A stretch of 36,810 bases of DNA from Octopus bimaculoides (Eukaryota): NCBI RefSeq assembly GCF_001194135.2, contig NC_068998.1:10597204-10634013 (forward strand), given 5' to 3'. Shown piece after piece: positions 12,221 to 23,502 of this stretch. The notes under the pieces are model-generated. The model searched no databases, had not been told where the DNA came from, and worked only from the letters and a program-made list of their open reading frames with translations. How positions within the stretch are numbered: the stretch's first letter is position 1; every line of letters starts with the position of its first letter. The position numbers and the translations under genes are program-made.

Positions 12221-13290
12221 AACCACAAGCTTCAACAGAAGCAGTGATATCGACAAGCTCTACTTAAGAAGAGATGAAAGAAGTAGAAGGTTGAGAACAG
12301 TGCAGACAGCCTACGAATGTAGTACAGTATCTCTCAGACTGTATCTGCTAAACAGCTGCAGGAAAAAATAAATATATAAATCTAGTGTTGAAAAGCGAAG
12401 AGAACATCTAACGTGTCGGCAGTGAACTCTTCGGGATGCACTCCCTTCTTGACGACCTCTCATACAACCCACAAAACTACTGGATTCAAAGAAGACTTAA
12501 ATAGGAATGTTTCCCAAAGAATTGAAAGGAACCATCTCAGTAAAATAAGATTTTTCAATTATATTGGTCTAATAGGTGGACTAAAAAGAAAGAATCCGGC
12601 CATATTGTAATATAACTGAATGCAACCAGGAGAAAGAAATACTGAACGAATTATAAAGGTAAGTCATCAAGAATATAGCTTACGCAAATAAGTATGTTAT
12701 GAACACATCGTTGTAAAAGAGTTGTTTCCCTGTCTCGAATCACAAAAGCAATTAGCATATTCATGTTCGAATCTACCACAACGTATTAAGAATAAATGTG
12801 GAAGTCGTCATCGTACCCACCTTAAAATTTTCACTAAACCTGAAAGAAACCAGAATAATAGAACAGTTCCGAATATACGAATACAAAAAATGTTAACCTT
12901 ATACAGGAGACTGACAAAAACTATTGAAGATGAAACTGATACACTAAACTAGTTTACTATTACACGGACAAAATTTTGTTGCCAAGAATGAAGGCGCCCT
13001 CTAGGGGGAAAAAACTATAGGCCAATACGTTTGTTTAAACATTATGTATCAGATTTCCAGGAGCTGTTTAAACCAATTTCTCCGAGATCATTGCGTGTCT
13101 AACAATGTAATAATTTATGAATAAACAGGTGGAAACAATACAGTCTGAGGATGGGTTGAATAACGTTTAATTAATAAAGCTTCGCTGTCTCCGCTTTAAA
13201 ACACGCCACAGTAACTCTGCAAGAACTGCGTTTTCATTATAAAAAGGTCTTTAACTCTATTCCTCTCTAACGGCTACTAGACTGTTGCTT
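12221..13290 (+). mobile_element. old R4/Dong-clade (RLE) LINE remnant, post-RT region
   Basis: 12221-12430 translates TTSFNRSSDIDKLYLRRDERSRRLRTVQTAYECSTVSLRLYL, matching the R4-clade motif SDxDRLYLxRxxGGRGL. Weaker similarity follows (SCSNLPQR...RH; LQELRFHYKKVFNSIPL). There are many stops and frameshifts, and the 3' extent is uncertain. Confidence 0.55.
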
Positions 13291-13989
13291 TTGGTAAAAA
13301 GAAAATAACTCTATTTCTTTTACTATCTGAAAGGCTCACAAACACCTATTTTTTTTTTTATCATCTTCATACTAGAAAATGAAGTAAAACGTTTACACCT
13401 AATGTAAAACGTTTACNNNNNNNNNNNNNNNNNNNNNNNNNNNNNNNNNNNNNNNNNNNNNNNNNNNNNNNNNNNNNNNNNNNNNNNNNNNNNNNNNNNN
13501 NNNNNNNNNNNNNNNNNNNNNNNNNNNNNNNNNNNNNNNNNNNNNNNNNNNNNNNNNNNNNNNNNNNNNNNNNNNNNNNNNNNNNNNNNNNNNNNNNNNN
13601 NNNNNNNNNNNNNNNNNNNNNNNNNNNNNNNNNNNNNNNNNNNNNNNNNNNNNNNNNNNNNNNNNNNNNNNNNNNNNNNNNNNNNNNNNNNNNNNNNNNN
13701 NNNNNNNNNNNNNNNNNNNNNNNNNNNNNNNNNNNNNNNNNNNNNNNNNNNNNNNNNNNNNNNNNNNNNNNNNNNNNNNNNNNNNNNNNNNNNNNNGATT
13801 CTAACTTTCGCAGAAACTGTAATTTGATCAAACCGTCTCGAAAGGAAGGAAACTAGGCTAAAAGTCAGTGAATCTAGCCAATATTTTTAGAGTATCGCAT
13901 GGTATTACATGGCCAGCACTTTTTAAAAACCAATCAAGCACCATTTTTAATGTACGTCGCCTTTAGTAACAATTTAAAGGCCTATATTA

Positions 13990-14306
13990 CTGCAATTCCG
14001 TCGGTTACGAAGATAAGGTATCCAGTTCATCCGATCAATGGAACAACCTGCTCGTGAAAGGAACGAGCAAGTGGCTGAGTAGTCCACAGACACGCGTACC
14101 CTTAATGTATTTCTCGGGGAGATTTAGCATGAGACAATGTAACAAGACCGGCCCTTTGAATTGCAGGTAAATTCTTTTTTTTTACCAAGTGAGTAGACTG
14201 GAGCAATGTGATATAAAGTGTCTTGCTCAAGGACACAACGTGCAGCCAGGAATCGAACTTACAACGATCGCTTATTAACCTAACCACTAAGCCATGCGGC
14301 TTACCC
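13990..14306 (-). mobile_element. tRNA-derived SINE family C (V/Meta-like centre)
   Basis: Minus strand: gcatggcttagtggttag (A box), gttcgattcc (B box), gtgtccttgagcaagacactttatatcacattgctccagtc, then a distinct tail. Confidence 0.8.
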
Positions 14307-14386
14307 ATTATTAAAAGGCCTACACTAGAATGATTCAGTTACATTTCTGAGCACTAGGTTGATTTAACAACAATATATTCAGTTGA

Positions 14387-14441
14387 GATGATGATGATGG
14401 CGATGATGATGATGATGATGACGACGATGATGATGATGATG
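14387..14441. repeat. (GAT)n microsatellite
   Basis: Direct reading. Confidence 0.9.
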
Positions 14442-14849
14442 ACAGATTCTTCGTATCCGATGATCATTAGGAAGAGGTTGACACGCCCTCGAGTGTCCGT
14501 GTAAACCGATCCTCTACGCTGCTGGGTTTTTCTTCCTGCCTTCGTTTAGTGGTTTAAAAGTGAGAGCCCTACTCTCACACAATCCGATCTCACTCTTTAG
14601 ACTTGAAGGTCTGACCGCAGTGACTCAGTGGGGTAAATTAGCTCTGGTGACCAGTAAGGCGTAGGCCTTTACCTAGGCTGGAGAGCTCCATCTACCCTGG
14701 ATATACCGCAATGGTGTCAAAGAGAGCACCGGACTGCATGAAAAACACCACTCATCGATTTAGCTGTCAAGATTCACTCCCCAAACTTTTCTCTTTTCCA
14801 AGACACTCACAAAGCAGGTGATATACGGATGGATTTAACCACAACAAAT

Positions 14850-15258
14850 TCAGCTTATTATACGAATGGACTTAACGACAACAACAGCGTGTTCAACTGG
14901 TGAACGGATAAATTTACATTAATAACAAAATTTTCTGCTGATACGCGGATGGAATTCAGCCAGGGAAGATGTTTACTTTTAATAGACGGGAGACGGAATA
15001 TTACTTTCCAAGCCGAATAGACGCACGCCAATAACCTCTCTACTTTCTCCTTGTTCCAGACAATGTGAGCTATAAATACCTTGGTATTACTGAAAATGTA
15101 GTTTATAATGGAGATGTTGAGAAAATTAGAGTGACAAAAGAGTAATACATCAGGTTTTAACAAAATAAATGTATGTCAGTCGGAGCTTTCCTCTTGCGAG
15201 ACAATATCCTATAATGCACTTTCAGAACCAGTGTTGGTATTGACTATATTGACAGGCT
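14850..15258 (+). mobile_element. decayed R4/Dong-clade reverse transcriptase fragment (late RT motifs and thumb)
   Basis: In order: ITKFSADTRMEFSQGRC (cf. FSxDIxMEFGxDKC), SYKYLGITE, RVTKE*YIR, QSELSSCETISYNALSEPVL (cf. SELSAxNKxIAHNxFAVPVL). Frameshifted. Confidence 0.75.
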
Positions 15259-15386
15259 CCTTTTCTTTCTCTGTCTCTCTCACTCCTTTCTTCCTTCCTT
15301 CCTTCTTTCCTTCCTTCCTTCCTTCCTTCCTTTTGTTTCGTTCTCTCTCACTCACTCCCTCTCTTTATTATTATTATTGCGCACGC

Positions 15387-15458
<72 letters not shown>

Positions 15459-15491
15459 TATAATAATAATAATAATAACAATAATAATAAT
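15387..15491. repeat. (TAA)n microsatellite
   Basis: About 35 units. Confidence 0.95.
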
Positions 15492-15492
15492 G

Positions 15493-15613
15493 ATACGCAA
15501 AATACTTTCAATACAGTAACCATAAGAGCATCACAGCAAACCACAGCACATACGCAAGGCACAAAGAGCTGCGCTCGGTAGTGAAGTGAAAGCACGTTAA
15601 AAAAATAAAGCTA

Positions 15614-15616
<3 letters not shown>
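15493..15616 (+). mobile_element. extremely 5'-truncated Dong-like LINE 3' end inside (TAA)n
   Basis: About 124 bp of unique sequence between two TAA tracts. It begins with RKILSIQ*, resembling R4/Dong ORF C-termini (...HILRKxLS). A short 3' UTR with AATAAA follows, then (TAA)n. Confidence 0.6.

Positions 15617-15682
<66 letters not shown>
15617..15682. repeat. (TAA)n microsatellite
   Basis: About 22 units. Confidence 0.95.
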
Positions 15683-15700
15683 CCTTTCTGTTATATGCAT

Positions 15701-15885
15701 ATGGCCTGAAATTTGGTGGGAGGGGATAAGTCAATCACATCGACCCAGTACTTGACTGGTACTTATTTTAACGATCTCGAAAGGATGAAAGTAAGTCGAC
15801 TTCGGCGGAATTTGAACTCAGAGCATGAAGAAGGACGAAATACCGATAAGCATTTTGCCCGGTGTGCTAACGATTCTGCCAGCTA
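15701..15885 (-). mobile_element. SINE family B (Nin/Deu-like centre)
   Basis: Minus strand: agctggcagaatcgttagcacaccgggcaaaatgctt...ctgagttcaaattccgccgaagtcgac...tttcatcctttcgagatcg...aagtaccagtcaagtactgggtcgat. Confidence 0.88.
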
Positions 15886-16283
15886 AAACAAATGTAAGTA
15901 TGTCTTGTTACTCAACCCATACACAGCAGATGAAAGATACAAGATACATTAACTACTCATCAGGGGACAAGTAATCCATCATTCTTACAGCGCTGACAAA
16001 GAGAGCTTAAAACAAGTTTCTATTTGCATCAAATGCAAGCTCGGATTTAGTAGTAATGGTCAAGGGGTCGGTTCGAAATTCCGATAATGAATATGGTAAG
16101 CACCCGAAAAGGCCCGGAGGATACAAATGTGGAAATGCCGTTGCTATAATAACCATCATAATTCGAATAAATCCGTGTAAAGAGAGGTTAGTGGTGCTTT
16201 CACGGAATATTGTTTTCTCTCGTGTTGTAACTGATTTTCGCATGGATCTTTGTGTCTGTTGGTGAGTGTTAACGCGTATACTT

Positions 16284-16345
<62 letters not shown>

Positions 16346-17283
16346 NNNNNNNNNNNNNNNNNNNNNNNNNNNNNNNNNNNNNNNNNNNNNNNNNNNNNNN
16401 NNNNNNNNNNNNNNNNNNNNNNNNNNNNNNNNNNNNNNNNNNNNNNNNNNNNNNNNNNNNNNNNNNNNNNNNNNNNNNNNNNNNNNNNNNNNNNNNNNNN
16501 NNNNNNNNNNNNNNNNNNNNNNNNNNNNNNNNNNNNNNNNNNNNNNNNNNNNNNNNNNNNNNNNNNNNNNNNNNNNNNNNNNNNNNNNNNNNNNNNNNNN
16601 NNNNNNNNNNNNNNNNNNNNNNNNNNNNNNNNNNNNNNNNNNNNNNNNNNNNNNNNNNNNNNNNNNNNNNNNNNNNNNNNNNNNNNNNNNNNNNNNNNNN
16701 NNNNNNNNNNNNNNNNNNNNNNNNNNNNNNNNNNNNNNNNNNNNNNNNNNNNNNNNNNNNNNNNNNNNNNNNNNNNNNNNNNNNNNNNNNNNNNNNNNNN
16801 NNNNNNNNNNNNNNNNNNNNNNNNNNNNNNNNNNNNNNNNNNNNNNNNNNNNNNNNNNNNNNNNNNNNNNNNNNNNNNNNNNNNNNNNNNNNNNNNNNNN
16901 NNNNNNNNNNNNNNNNNNNNNNNNNNNNNNNNNNNNNNNNNNNNNNNNNNNNNNNNNNNNNNNNNNNNNNNNNNNNNNNNNNNNNNNNNNNNNNNNNNNN
17001 NNNNNNNNNNNNNNNNNNNNNNNNNNNNNNNNNNNNNNNNNNNNNNNNNNNNNNNNNNNNNNNNNNNNNNNNNNNNNNNNNNNNNNNNNNNNNNNNNNNN
17101 NNNNNNNNNNNNNNNNNNNNNNNNNNNNNNNNNNNNNNNNNNNNNNNNNNNNNNNNNNNNNNNNNNNNNNNNNNNNNNNNNNNNNNNNNNNNNNNNNNNN
17201 NNNNNNNNNNNNNNNNNNNNNNNNNNNNNNNNNNNNNNNNNNNNNNNNNNNNNNNNNNNNNNNNNNNNNNNNNNNNNNNNNNN

Positions 17284-17338
<55 letters not shown>

Positions 17339-17524
17339 GTTAAAGTTCCAACCGGAACTAAAAGCCAATAAGCAATACATCGAATGTTTAACACTTATAC
17401 ATACATACATACATATATATACACACAAACACACAGCCACTCACACACACATATGTACAAGTATTATGCATATGTGTATGTGTCTATGCATGCATGCATG
17501 GATGTATGTATGTATGTATGTATT

Positions 17525-17555
<31 letters not shown>

Positions 17556-17840
17556 TGACTGATGTCGAATGCTCATAGAAAAAATGAAGCGGATGCAGCG
17601 TAGGTATTTTGTGAGTGTGTGTGTTTGATTATATGTATGTGTGTGTGTGTGCACGTGCATGCGTGTGCGCGTATGAAGACTAATATATCAAAACGAATGT
17701 ATACGTGGGTATAGGCAAATAGGTGTGAAGATAGAACAGTAGTTATTCATTATTAAATTATGAATGCCAAGGGGGAAAATACGACATCGAAAAGGACAAT
17801 GGCTGGTGGTGGGGTGAGGTGGGGGTTGAGATGGTGGCAG

Positions 17841-17863
17841 TGATGATGATGATGCTGGTGACC

Positions 17864-17920
<57 letters not shown>

Positions 17921-17921
17921 G

Positions 17922-17959
<38 letters not shown>

Positions 17960-18006
17960 CTGGTGACGATGATGATGATGATGATGATGATGATGGTGAC
18001 GACGAC

Positions 18007-18045
<39 letters not shown>
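17841..18045. repeat. (GAT)n microsatellite, interrupted
   Basis: More than 60 units with periodic GCT-GGT-GAC interruptions; ends at a gap. Confidence 0.95.
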
Positions 18046-18780
18046 NNNNNNNNNNNNNNNNNNNNNNNNNNNNNNNNNNNNNNNNNNNNNNNNNNNNNNN
18101 NNNNNNNNNNNNNNNNNNNNNNNNNNNNNNNNNNNNNNNNNNNNNNNNNNNNNNNNNNNNNNNNNNNNNNNNNNNNNNNNNNNNNNNNNNNNNNNNNNNN
18201 NNNNNNNNNNNNNNNNNNNNNNNNNNNNNNNNNNNNNNNNNNNNNNNNNNNNNNNNNNNNNNNNNNNNNNNNNNNNNNNNNNNNNNNNNNNNNNNNNNNN
18301 NNNNNNNNNNNNNNNNNNNNNNNNNNNNNNNNNNNNNNNNNNNNNNNNNNNNNNNNNNNNNNNNNNNNNNNNNNNNNNNNNNNNNNNNNNNNNNNNNNNN
18401 NNNNNNNNNNNNNNNNNNNNNNNNNNNNNNNNNNNNNNNNNNNNNNNNNNNNNNNNNNNNNNNNNNNNNNNNNNNNNNNNNNNNNNNNNNNNNNNNNNNN
18501 NNNNNNNNNNNNNNNNNNNNNNNNNNNNNNNNNNNNNNNNNNNNNNNNNNNNNNNNNNNNNNNNNNNNNNNNNNNNNNNNNNNNNNNNNNNNNNNNNNNN
18601 NNNNNNNNNNNNNNNNNNNNNNNNNNNNNNNNNNNNNNNNNNNNNNNNNNNNNNNNNNNNNNNNNNNNNNNNNNNNNNNNNNNNNNNNNNNNNNNNNNNN
18701 NATATATATATGTATGCATGTATATATATATTTGTATATATGTATATATATATATATCTATATATATATATATTATGTAT

Positions 18781-18864
18781 ATACATACGTACATACATAA
18801 TACATACGTACATACATACATACATACATACATACATACATACATACATACATACATACATACA
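18781..18864. repeat. (TACA)n microsatellite, 5' flank of the RLE LINE
   Basis: Direct reading. Confidence 0.9.
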
Positions 18865-19500
18865 ACACTGAAGATATCACCCACGTCATAAGCAGTTGTC
18901 CGAAAATGTCATCACGGTATTATCTACCGATGAGACATGATGTTGTTGCTAGGACACTCTAAAATGAAATCCGTCGGAAGGATAACCCCGAGGACAAAGA
19001 AATAAGAGCCCACAAATGGTAGAAGCCATAACCACTCATGATAAAAAGGAGTGCTGGAGGGATGTCCCTTTGAGGACCTCAATAAAATGTAAGCACAACA
19101 AACTTGATATAATGATTTGGGATATAAAAGAAAAACTGTGCACAATTGTGGAAAACAGCTGCCCAGCGAATGTTAACATAAAGCTGAAGATCAGTGATAA
19201 AGAGAACACTTATGCTGAACTATTGAGAAATCTGCGGTTACTCTATCCAGATTACAAATTCAGGTTTATTCCTGTAATTATTGGGGCCCTGGGATATGAA
19301 ACACTAATCTTGAGAAATTAGGCTTCTCAAAACCAGAAAGGAGAAAGCTAATTCGAAGGCTACAGATCCAATCCATCACTGGAACAGTAAAAATCTGTAA
19401 AACTTTCCAGAAGTTTATCATTTAAGTATACATGAGCATGTCTAGATATGCAACTATATGCATGAGAATACATACATAATGCAAAACATACAAATCTCCA
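18865..19500 (+). mobile_element. 5'-truncated R4/Dong-clade RLE LINE: zinc-knuckle end, RLE endonuclease, 3' UTR
   Basis: Reads TEDITHVISSCPKMSSRYYLPMRHDVVARTL (end of the CCHC knuckle plus RH motif), then HNKLDIMIWD...CTIVENSCPANVNIKLKISDKENTYAELLRNLRLLYPDYKFRFIPVIIGALG (PD-(D/E)xK-type RLE). It ends LGFSKPERRKLIRRLQIQSITGTVKICKTFQKFII* at 19425, followed by a ~75 bp UTR and TACA repeats. It has one premature stop and two frameshifts. Confidence 0.92.
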
Positions 19501-19574
19501 CCTACATACATACATGCATACATACACGCACACACATATACACATACACACATATATATATACATACATATATA

Positions 19575-20046
19575 CTCTTTTACTCTTTTACTTGTTTCAG
19601 TCATTTGACTGCGGCCATGCTGGAGCAACGCCTTTAGTCGAGCAAATTGACCCCAGGACTTATTCTTTGAAAGCGTAGTACTTATTCCATCNNNNNNNNN
19701 NNNNNNNNNNNNNNNNNNNNNNNNNNNNNNNNNNNNNNNNNNNNNNNNNNNNNNNNNNNNNNNNNNNNNNNNNNNNNNNNNNNNNNNNNNNNNNNNNNNN
19801 NNNNNNNNNNNNNNNNNNGGGGGGGGGGGGACAAACACAGATACACAAACACATATACACACATACATAAATATATATACATATATACAACGGGCTTCTT
19901 TCAGTTTTCGTCTACCAAATCCGCTCACATGGCTTTGGTCGGCCCGAGGCTATAGTAGAAGACACTTGCCCAAGGTGCCACACAGTGGGAATGAACCCGG
20001 AACCATGTGGTTGGTAAGCAAGCTACTTACCACACAGCCACTCCTG
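19575..20046 (-). mobile_element. SINE family A, full length (spans a 127-N gap)
   Basis: Head ggagtggctgtgtggtaagtagcttgc, ggttcattcccactgtgtggcaccttgggcaagtgtcttc; tail ggcgttgctccagcatggccgcagtcaaatgactgaaacaag plus (TAAAAGAG)2. Confidence 0.92.
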
Positions 20047-20115
20047 TGCCTGTATATATATACATATATATATATACATACATGTATACATTTACACATA
20101 CATACATATATGGAC

Positions 20116-20522
20116 AAACATTGCAGTAACTGGCCTACTGACAATGTGTATACATTAAGTATGATACATACATCGCTATTTTAATAAAATACTGTCTCAG
20201 TTGCGTATACCTGATTTTTTTTTAATCAGGCGAGCGGCTATTCGCAACATCGGTGAGTGTTTTATTCCTTGTTTTCCTTATACCAGTGACTTCGAATTCT
20301 CGTTTGAGAATGAGGCTGGCTGTGAATATGCGTCAATGAAAAGGCCCCATAAGGCCGAAATGCATCTGGTGCTCTCGCTGATCTCAGGTGGAATAAATTC
20401 TTGTCTCTCTTTTATATTTACGGTGTATTTTTTTTCATACAGCTTGTCCATAAGTGATGTTATCTCAGGAAAAATACTGCAGTAACTGCCCTATCAATAG
20501 TGTATATACATTAAATATAATA
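20116..20522 (+). mobile_element. 356-bp unit bounded by 51-bp direct repeats, containing a hammerhead fossil (retrozyme/Penelope pseudo-LTR-like)
   Basis: 20116-20166 and 20472-20522 align without gaps at 40/51; 10 of the 11 differences are transitions. A hammerhead-like fold lies inside at 20330-20372. Confidence 0.55.
20330..20372 (+). ncRNA. degenerate minimal type I hammerhead ribozyme
   Basis: GCGUCA-AUGAAAA-GGCC ccauaa GGCC-GAAA-UGCA-UC-UGGUGC. Stem I is 6 bp (2 G-U), stem II is 4 bp, stem III is the palindrome AUGCAU, and the cleavage triplet is AUC. The core differs from CUGANGA at positions 3 and 8. Confidence 0.65.
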
Positions 20523-20547
20523 ATAGATGACTCTGTTTCCCTCTCTC

Positions 20548-20593
<46 letters not shown>

Positions 20594-21219
20594 NNNNNNN
20601 NNNNNNNNNNNNNNNNNNNNNNNNNNNNNNNNNNNNNNNNNNNNNNNNNNNNNNNNNNNNNNNNNNNNNNNNNNNNNNNNNNNNNNNNNNNNNNNNNNNN
20701 NNNNNNNNNNNNNNNNNNNNNNNNNNNNNNNNNNNNNNNNNNNNNNNNNNNNNNNNNNNNNNNNNNNNNNNNNNNNNNNNNNNNNNNNNNNNNNNNNNNN
20801 NNNNNNNNNNNNNNNNNNNNNNNNNNNNNNNNNNNNNNNNNNNNNNNNNNNNNNNNNNNNNNNNNNNNNNNNNNNNNNNNNNNNNNNNNNNNNNNNNNNN
20901 NNNNNNNNNNNNNNNNNNNNNNNNNNNNNNNNNNNNNNNNNNNNNNNNNNNNNNNNNNNNNNNNNNNNNNNNNNNNNNNNNNNNNNNNNNNNNNNNNNNN
21001 NNNNNNNNNNNNNNNNNNNNNNNNNNNNNNNNNNNNNNNNNNNNNNNNNNNNNNNNNNNNNNNNNNNNNNNNNNNNNNNNNNNNNNNNNNNNNNNNNNNN
21101 NNNNNNNNNNNNNNNNNNNNNNNNNNNNNNNNNNNNNNNNNNNNNNNNNNNNNGGGATTTTTTTTCCCTGCCCCATAAGGTACAAGACTTCGATTAACGT
21201 CTTTCTCGAAACCTATGTC

Positions 21220-21340
21220 GTTCTATCGACGTTAGAAGGACGGAAAAATACAAAGTTAGCCAAGACAGTATTTGAACACTGAACGTAAAGGACAGTAAAA
21301 AATGCCGCATAAGCATTTTATCCGACTCTCTGACGATTCT
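21220..21340 (-). mobile_element. SINE family B, old
   Basis: ctatcgacgttagaaggacg...atttgaacactgaacgtaaagg...taagcattttatccgac...gacgattct. Confidence 0.6.
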
Positions 21341-21430
21341 AAGAAAAAAAACAAATACAATTTCTTAATTTGACATAAGGACAACAAAACAGAACATTAC
21401 AATTCAGTACAATACAATCCTTTCTTATTT

Positions 21431-21575
21431 TGGCACAAGGCCAGCAAACTTGAGAGGTGTGGAAATCAATGACATCGTCTCTAGGGTTCAACTCATTCTT
21501 ATTTTATCGATCCCGTAAGGACGAAAGGCAAAGTCGATCTCGGCGGTATTTGCACTCAGAACGTAAAGCCGGGAA
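21431..21575 (-). mobile_element. SINE family B
   Basis: ggcacaaggcc...ttatcgatcccgtaaggacgaaaggcaaagtcgatctcggcggtatttgcactcagaacgtaaag. Confidence 0.8.
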
Positions 21576-22029
21576 TACAATGTGATAATACTCTGAAATA
21601 ATTAAGGTCTTGTTTCGGGTGGTATTACAACTATAAGGAGACAACTCAGCAATTCCTCGTTGTATATTACCATTTTTCGCTTCTTCTTCTTTTTCTGTTT
21701 TCGTATTATTCTTTAAAATGCTGCGATTTGTAAGGAAGCCATTCCTCCAGACGGTGAATGATATATCTTGATAGATAGAGCCATCGATAAATAAATAGAT
21801 AGGTAAGATAAAAAATGACCGAAACTTCGAAGTCACTGTCGATACTATTCTTAGTAACGAATAATAGATTTATACTCTACCAAAAGTATTGTGTAATCCT
21901 TAAGTTTGATACTAAAATGCTCTTTGTTTTATTATAACAAAGACAAACATTAATATACAAACATACATTCATACGGACAGACAAACAAACTTATATATAC
22001 ATGTACTTGTATTATATAAATATGTATGC

Positions 22030-22062
<33 letters not shown>

Positions 22063-23040
22063 TGTATGTATTTATGTATGTATAATGTGTCTATGTTTGT
22101 GTGTACAGTATAGTTGAGGTTCCGGAAAAATATTCAACAAGACTACCACCATTCAACAAAAGGATTCAATACGTAATTATGTAGAGTGTATTTTTATATT
22201 TATTTATTAATAATGACATACTGATGCATTTGGGACACTTGTACAAATATAAAACGTGCAGCAGGTGTTTAATTATTAATGTATGTATATACATACATAC
22301 ATACATACACAAATATATACATACATACATACATACANNNNNNNNNNNNNNNNNNNNNNNNNNNNNNNNNNNNNNNNNNNNNNNNNNNNNNNNNNNNNNN
22401 NNNNNNNNNNNNNNNNNNNNNNNNNNNNNNNNNNNNNNNNNNNNNNNNNNNNNNNNNNNNNNNNNNNNNNNNNNNNNNNNNNNNNNNNNNNNNNNNNNNN
22501 NNNNNNNNNNNNNNNNNNNNNNNNNNNNNNNNNNNNNNNNNNNNNNNNNNNNNNNNNNNNNNNNNNNNNNNNNNNNNNNNNNNNNNNNNNNNATATATAT
22601 ATACATACATATGCACACACTGTGTGTGTGTGGATTTATGTATGTATAGGGAGAGAAGAGTGACAAGAACAAGACAGACAAATAAACAAACAGACCCCTC
22701 AGATTTAGATAAATAAAATAGTGGCAAAACACACAAAAAAAACCCCTAAAAAGTTAACTCTTTTCCCAATAGGTCAAGCAAGTTAAGTCTATCTCGTACT
22801 AAATTGTAGGTCAAACAACAAACGTTCCGCAAATAGGCATAAATACATATGGTGGACAGGTGGTAGGTATATAGATGAATAGAAAATGACAGAACTGGTG
22901 TGTATATGGTGTATAGTATATGTGTATGTTTATATGTGTGTATAAGAGTGTATGTGCATCTCTGAGTGTGTGTGAAGCTGGCAGGGCAAAGATATGGGGC
23001 ATCGATATACGATATTTTTTTATATATATATATATACATA

Positions 23041-23150
23041 TAGGCACATGGTTCCGAACACTTTGGGCAACTGTCTTCTACTATAGCCTCGGGTCAACCA
23101 AAGCTTTGTGAATGTATTTGGTAGACGGAAACTGAAAGAAGACGTTTATG
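23041..23150 (+). mobile_element. SINE family A fragment
   Basis: cacatggttccgaacactttgggcaactgtcttctactatagcctcggg...ggtagacggaaactgaaagaag. Confidence 0.8.
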
Positions 23151-23420
23151 AATTTGTCTTGCAAGATTCTTGATGTGAAGTCGTGTATTGAAACAGATAT
23201 CGTTGTATTTCGGGATGGCCATTTTTTTTTTCGTGTGTTTATTTGCCCATCCCGAAATACAACAATATATATGTGTGTGTGTATGTGTGTGTGTGTGTGT
23301 GTGTGTGTATGCGTATACATACATACATACTTACATATGTACATACAAACACACATATATATAGTTATGGTATATTCTATTAAGAACGTAGTAGATTATA
23401 TATATGCATACATATACATG

Positions 23421-23502
<82 letters not shown>

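Noticed and set aside
13385-13416. Duplicated gtaaaacgtttac next to a gap
   Set aside because: It sits at a contig edge and is likely an assembly artefact.
14470-14800. GC-richer block vaguely like a LINE UTR
   Set aside because: No diagnostic motif or second copy in the window; left unassigned.
20230-20252. 23-nt micro-exon (aatcag| ... |gtgagt)
   Set aside because: It lies inside the repeat-bounded hammerhead unit and cannot be distinguished from chance.
20201-20485. 94-aa plus-strand ORF, with an open antisense frame
   Set aside because: No recognisable domain; the region is better explained by the hammerhead-containing repeat unit.
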